A stretch of 64,000 nucleotides of DNA from Anthoceros angustus. Lineage: Eukaryota; Plantae; Anthocerotophyta. The notes beneath the pieces were generated by a model. The model searched no databases and had not been told where the DNA came from. It saw nothing but the letters and a program-made list of their open reading frames with translations. The position numbers and the translations under genes are program-made. The stretch lies in the NCBI GenBank assembly GCA_010909165.1, contig MU008164.1:372001-436000 (forward strand). The letters run 5' to 3'. This document shows, in pieces, positions 59,901 through 64,000 of the stretch. Every line of letters starts with the position of its first letter. The stretch's first letter is position 1.

Positions 59901-62900
59901 CGGGCGGCGCCACCGACATCGGTGTTTAATATCGCACATGGCAAAGGGAATCCTGATGTGGTTTACGATCCGATGCAAATACACCGGATATCAATCGTGA
60001 CAAATATACCTATGCCTTATATCATATATATCACCCTTATGCCTATAAAACCCGCAAGCCCTAATACGAAAAGAGAGCCAACTTAATCTCGACGGCCGCC
60101 CTTGAGTCGCAATTCTTTCCACTTGTTCACTCGGAAGTTGCGCCCGCGTCCGACGTGTGTGTGTGCGCCTGTGATCGAGGTGTGTGCGCCGTGATCGCAA
60201 GGAGGCCGCTAATCCGCAGCCGCCTCACCTCCCTTAACCCGCTACACTGCGGCGCGGTGAGCGCGACGAATCGCCGGAGATGGCATCCGGGAGGCGAAAG
60301 GTGAAGGAGAAGAATGCCTTTGAGCCCGAACCTCCCTTTGCCCAAGCGTAAGAAGGGAGAGGAAGCAAGAAACGGACAGCAGCGACAACAGAGGATGTGG
60401 TGCAAATAGTGCCACAAGGCGAGTGCATCCCGGCAAGATGAGCAACCTCCGCACAATCGGAGCGAATTCCACAGAGGGGCGAGTGGTGGGAGGGCTCACA
60501 GCCACAACTCGGGAAAGGCAAGCACCACGCGAGGCGTAGGTGGGGGTGATGAAGCTGAGAGAAGTGTGCAGAAACGCCCGATGCCGCCCGATTCAATCGC
60601 CTTCAACTACGAGGAGACTATGCATTTCGTGAGGTGCGCAAGTGAGTATTCGCGTTGTTGAGAAGAATTGGATGATTTTGAAGAGGAACCGGAGGACGAG
60701 GATGCGCTTTGGACACCTCTGTCAAGTTGTGGGTGGTGGGATACAAAGATGCTTTGCCTAATCGCCGAGCCCGAGTGGGTGATTTGGGCAACATTGGACA
60801 TGACCGTACTCAAGCACAACTCCTTGTGGTGAGGAAGCCGCAAGACTTCACGACATTGCATCCAAACCCACGTGCCTGCTGATTGTTCCACGTGACATTT
60901 GCGTTGATCTTTAAGAAATGTGCACCTTCACGCTTGATCGAGTTATTCGAGACCGCCGGCAAGAGACATCGGTGAGTGCATTTGGGTGGCATGTTCTTGC
61001 TCGCTAATCGTAATGTGCATCCGTGTGGCTTATCTTGTCCATCCATGTTGGTTTGCAGGAGCAGATGGGCAAAGTTTCATTGCCTCGCTACCGAGCTCAC
61101 ACAGCGCTTTTAGCACATAGGGGCTATGTCTATTCGCAGCTTTGGATAGCGTAGGAAATGGAGGGGATGATGAGACATCGGAAAGCTTGGTCCATCCGAT
61201 GAAGACGAGCGACGATCCGACATGTTAGGCCATTCGGATGATGACGATGTGTATTCGGATGCGGTGAAGAGGAGATGCGAACTTTATGGAATATGTCAGC
61301 TCGGAAATTCCATGGATGTGGCAACAGAGCCCCACGAGGCGTAGGCGAGCCACGGGCCGGCGCCCCGGTGCCGGCCAGACCGCCAGAGTTGCCGACGCCT
61401 GCACCCTAATCGCATAGGGTTTGCAAGGAGGAGGGAGGGCGGCGCGCCGACCGCGCCCGGGCGTGAGGGGCCGGGAAGGCCGCTCGCCCGCAAAGGCCTG
61501 GGAGTGGAAGGGCGCCGCCGCCGCCGCCCTTCAAGGTGTCAGAGGGGGTTCTCCGGCCCATGTCGGGCAAATAGGGAGAGGCCATGGGAGGAGGAGGCGC
61601 CGCCGGCCGGCGCCTGGAGAAGCACCTCGTGAGGAGCATGAAGCATGTGGGGAAGTGAGGGAGGGAGCTAGGCCGGGCGAGGGCCGATGCCATGGACATG
61701 GCGGGGGGAATCCGGACTATGTCATGGTAGAGGAAAAGGAAAGGACTTCCCGCAGATTTCACGAAGAGGGCCCATAGCGATGATCGTGGTCCTCAAGAAA
61801 AGAAAAGTCCACCGATTGGAAGCTTAGACGCGAGGTGGCACCCATTGCGGCGCTCATGTCCCAACGGATGAGGAGAGGTTAGAAGCGGTGAGAGATGAAG
61901 ACCCTTTAACCCGTGTAAGGGAATCGGCGATGCGAAGAAAGTTGTTCGAGATGCTGGTGAAGTCGAGAATCTAAGGCCCGCATCACTCCGGATGCATGAT
62001 ACAAGGTTGACGAAGCATGGACATTATTACTTGGCCCGGTCATATCGAAGGGAGAATAGAGGAAGGCGTATTGCCTCACTAGTATGATAGACCGCGAATG
62101 CGACAACATGGAAGCAATCCGGATTGGCAACGATTCGTGGCAAAACTTATGTCATGGGAGTACGGGAATCACACTTTGCGGCGAAGCATTTGACATGGCA
62201 CTGTGGAAAACGGTTTCGATGTCGAGGCTCACGTGTAACGCGGTCTCACACTTCGTGAGATGCGGGTTCTAGCTACGCACCACAATATTATGCCTGACAA
62301 GAGAAGAAAATGTCTTTCATCGAGTGTGAGGTATCTCCGTGATGAGTCATTGCCAAGCGTGAAGGGTGCATATGACTATGGCATGGAAATTCAATTTGTA
62401 CAAGGTTCGGGCCTCATTGACGACGACGAGGGAGAGAAGACGACGCTATAAGCAAAACAAGGTGGATAACAGGACTCATATACTTTGTATTGCAAAGCAA
62501 GAAGGGAGAATTTGGGAGAATATTGACAAAATATTTACGAGTGGGAGGTCAGGAGTTTAATGTAAAAGACACACAGCAGTACAAGCAAGAAGGGCAAAGG
62601 AAAACTAAGGTCGGGAAGATTCCGTAAGGTTGCAACAGATATGTGAAGTCAAGGACATGCTAGCAAAGCCATGGAAGGCTTTCAGGTATACCGCAGCGAG
62701 TGTGGACAATGATATTACTTACAAGAAAAAAGTATTAGGGTCCGATAGACGAAAGGCATGGAGGACGACATCACTTTGCGGAAGAAGTCGCATATCATCC
62801 AAGTTGCTATGGCGAAGCATCTGATCGCATCGCTTTGAGGAAGTCCGGAGAATACCCACGCATTCAACGGACGCTATGATCGCGCGTTTCAAACACGCTT

Positions 62901-64000
62901 GCGAAAGGTAAATCTTCCCTTGACCGAATTTTTCCTTTACCATCTGCTGATGGAGCCGGCGCCTCCGCCGATGGCGCGCCGCCGCGCCCGCCGCTTGATG
63001 GATGCGGCGCGCCGCCGCCGCGCCACACGCATGGATGCGGCGCCGGCCGGCCGCCGCCCACGCTGATGATGCTGGCGCCGGCCGCCTCATGGTGCGCAGC
63101 GCGGGCCGCCGCCCTCCACCTTGTGTGAGCATGAAGGGTTTTGGCCGGCGCCCACAGATGTGTCGATGGCGGCGCCGGCCGCGCCTCCACATGTGGCGAG
63201 CAAGCCCTTATGTGTCCTTACGCTTTTGGGTTTTATTGTGCAAAGAATTAAAAGACATCGACAACCCGTCTGCTTAAGATTTCCAGCACTTCATTTTGAG
63301 GTAAACAACCGGAAAGGGCTGGAAATTGAGCAGGGCCTTAGCGACAAAGATATGGAAGACGGCTATTTGTTTTCAACGCCCGCAATGACTCTCAAGTTGA
63401 TCGATTGAGACCAGGCTGGACATGCGTGGCTATTTACGCACACGCCAAGACTTTCGTGATGGATGCCGAGGGGCTTCAATATAGGCCCAATGGATACAAG
63501 AATTAACGGAGTATGATGTCATCTGTTCGAGAGTTTTGGAGAAGACAACGCCGAGGAATTCCGCTTTATTGTGATGCATGGAGTGGAGGACCCACACCGA
63601 GAATGTATGAGAAAGTGGTGCCGAAAAGGTGGGATGGTGTCCTTCGCTTTGGGACAAGACGAACATGCACGCCGAGGGGTGGGTCAGAAACATTGGAGTA
63701 CGCCATCGTGGTGTGAAGGAAGAATGTTCAAGAGACAAGGCCAACATGCTCCCCGAAATCAGCGAGGAGATTCAATAATGGGAGATCCGTCATTACTCAC
63801 GACACGCCAGAAGAAGCATGTATACTTATCTCACGACAAACGTGGTGTGCTCTACCAACGCCACCGGGCCTTTTTGTGGAGGCATTTTCCAAAGAAGGAG
63901 AGTGGGTGGTTGATGCATGTTCCGGAGTGGCACAACTATCCCGGGTGCATTATTGAGTGGTCGAATCATTATCAAGCGGACATGAGATGCGCGGGTTATA

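Noticed and set aside
62950-63190. Ala/Arg-rich overlapping ORFs in GGCGCCGGCC-rich sequence (similar at 58262-58410 and 61340-61620)
   Set aside because: GC-rich low-complexity, semi-palindromic DNA lacks stops by composition. There is no evidence of coding function.
44685-64000. Numerous frameshifts as programmed frameshifting or ancient decay
   Set aside because: D has near-identical LTRs yet dozens of small deletions internally, which points to consensus errors. Reading frames here cannot be trusted.

Overview
Eukaryotic land-plant nuclear DNA. Short ~70-400 nt GT-AG introns and the gene content suggest a compact non-seed-plant genome such as a hornwort or lycophyte (inference only). Bases 1-26.5 kb are gene-rich: an intronless DUF4291 gene, an HMGB-type gene, a type II metacaspase, an SLC25A38/Hem25-like mitochondrial carrier, SPINDLY and an At3g06035-like GPI-anchored protein. 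They are interspersed with a TA-flanked MITE, CRE-type non-LTR remnants and several minisatellites. From ~27.2 kb the window is a nest of five Ty1/copia LTR elements, here called A-E. A is inserted in B, C in A and D in B; E lies separately. It is followed by a captured acireductone dioxygenase fragment and a decayed DDE-type DNA transposon. The main finding is that these copia elements are not plain gag-pol elements. Two lineages (A/D and B/C/E) each show an extra sense ORF between the PBS and gag (coiled coil, plus a conserved C..H..CxxC motif in A/D), visible in the three elements whose 5' end is in the window. All five carry a conserved antisense ORF between pol and the 3' LTR. The B/C/E antisense protein has an M[RK]TRSG motif resembling the LANA/IE1 nucleosome acidic-patch anchor. 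The A/D antisense protein has an AT-hook-like GRPKG motif and, in D, an apparent spliceosomal intron. A/D also have non-canonical LTR termini (TA..AA and TA..CA), and C sits in A with no target-site duplication. The TE part shows many indels and two overlap-like duplications typical of unpolished long-read assembly, so individual frameshifts there are not trustworthy.
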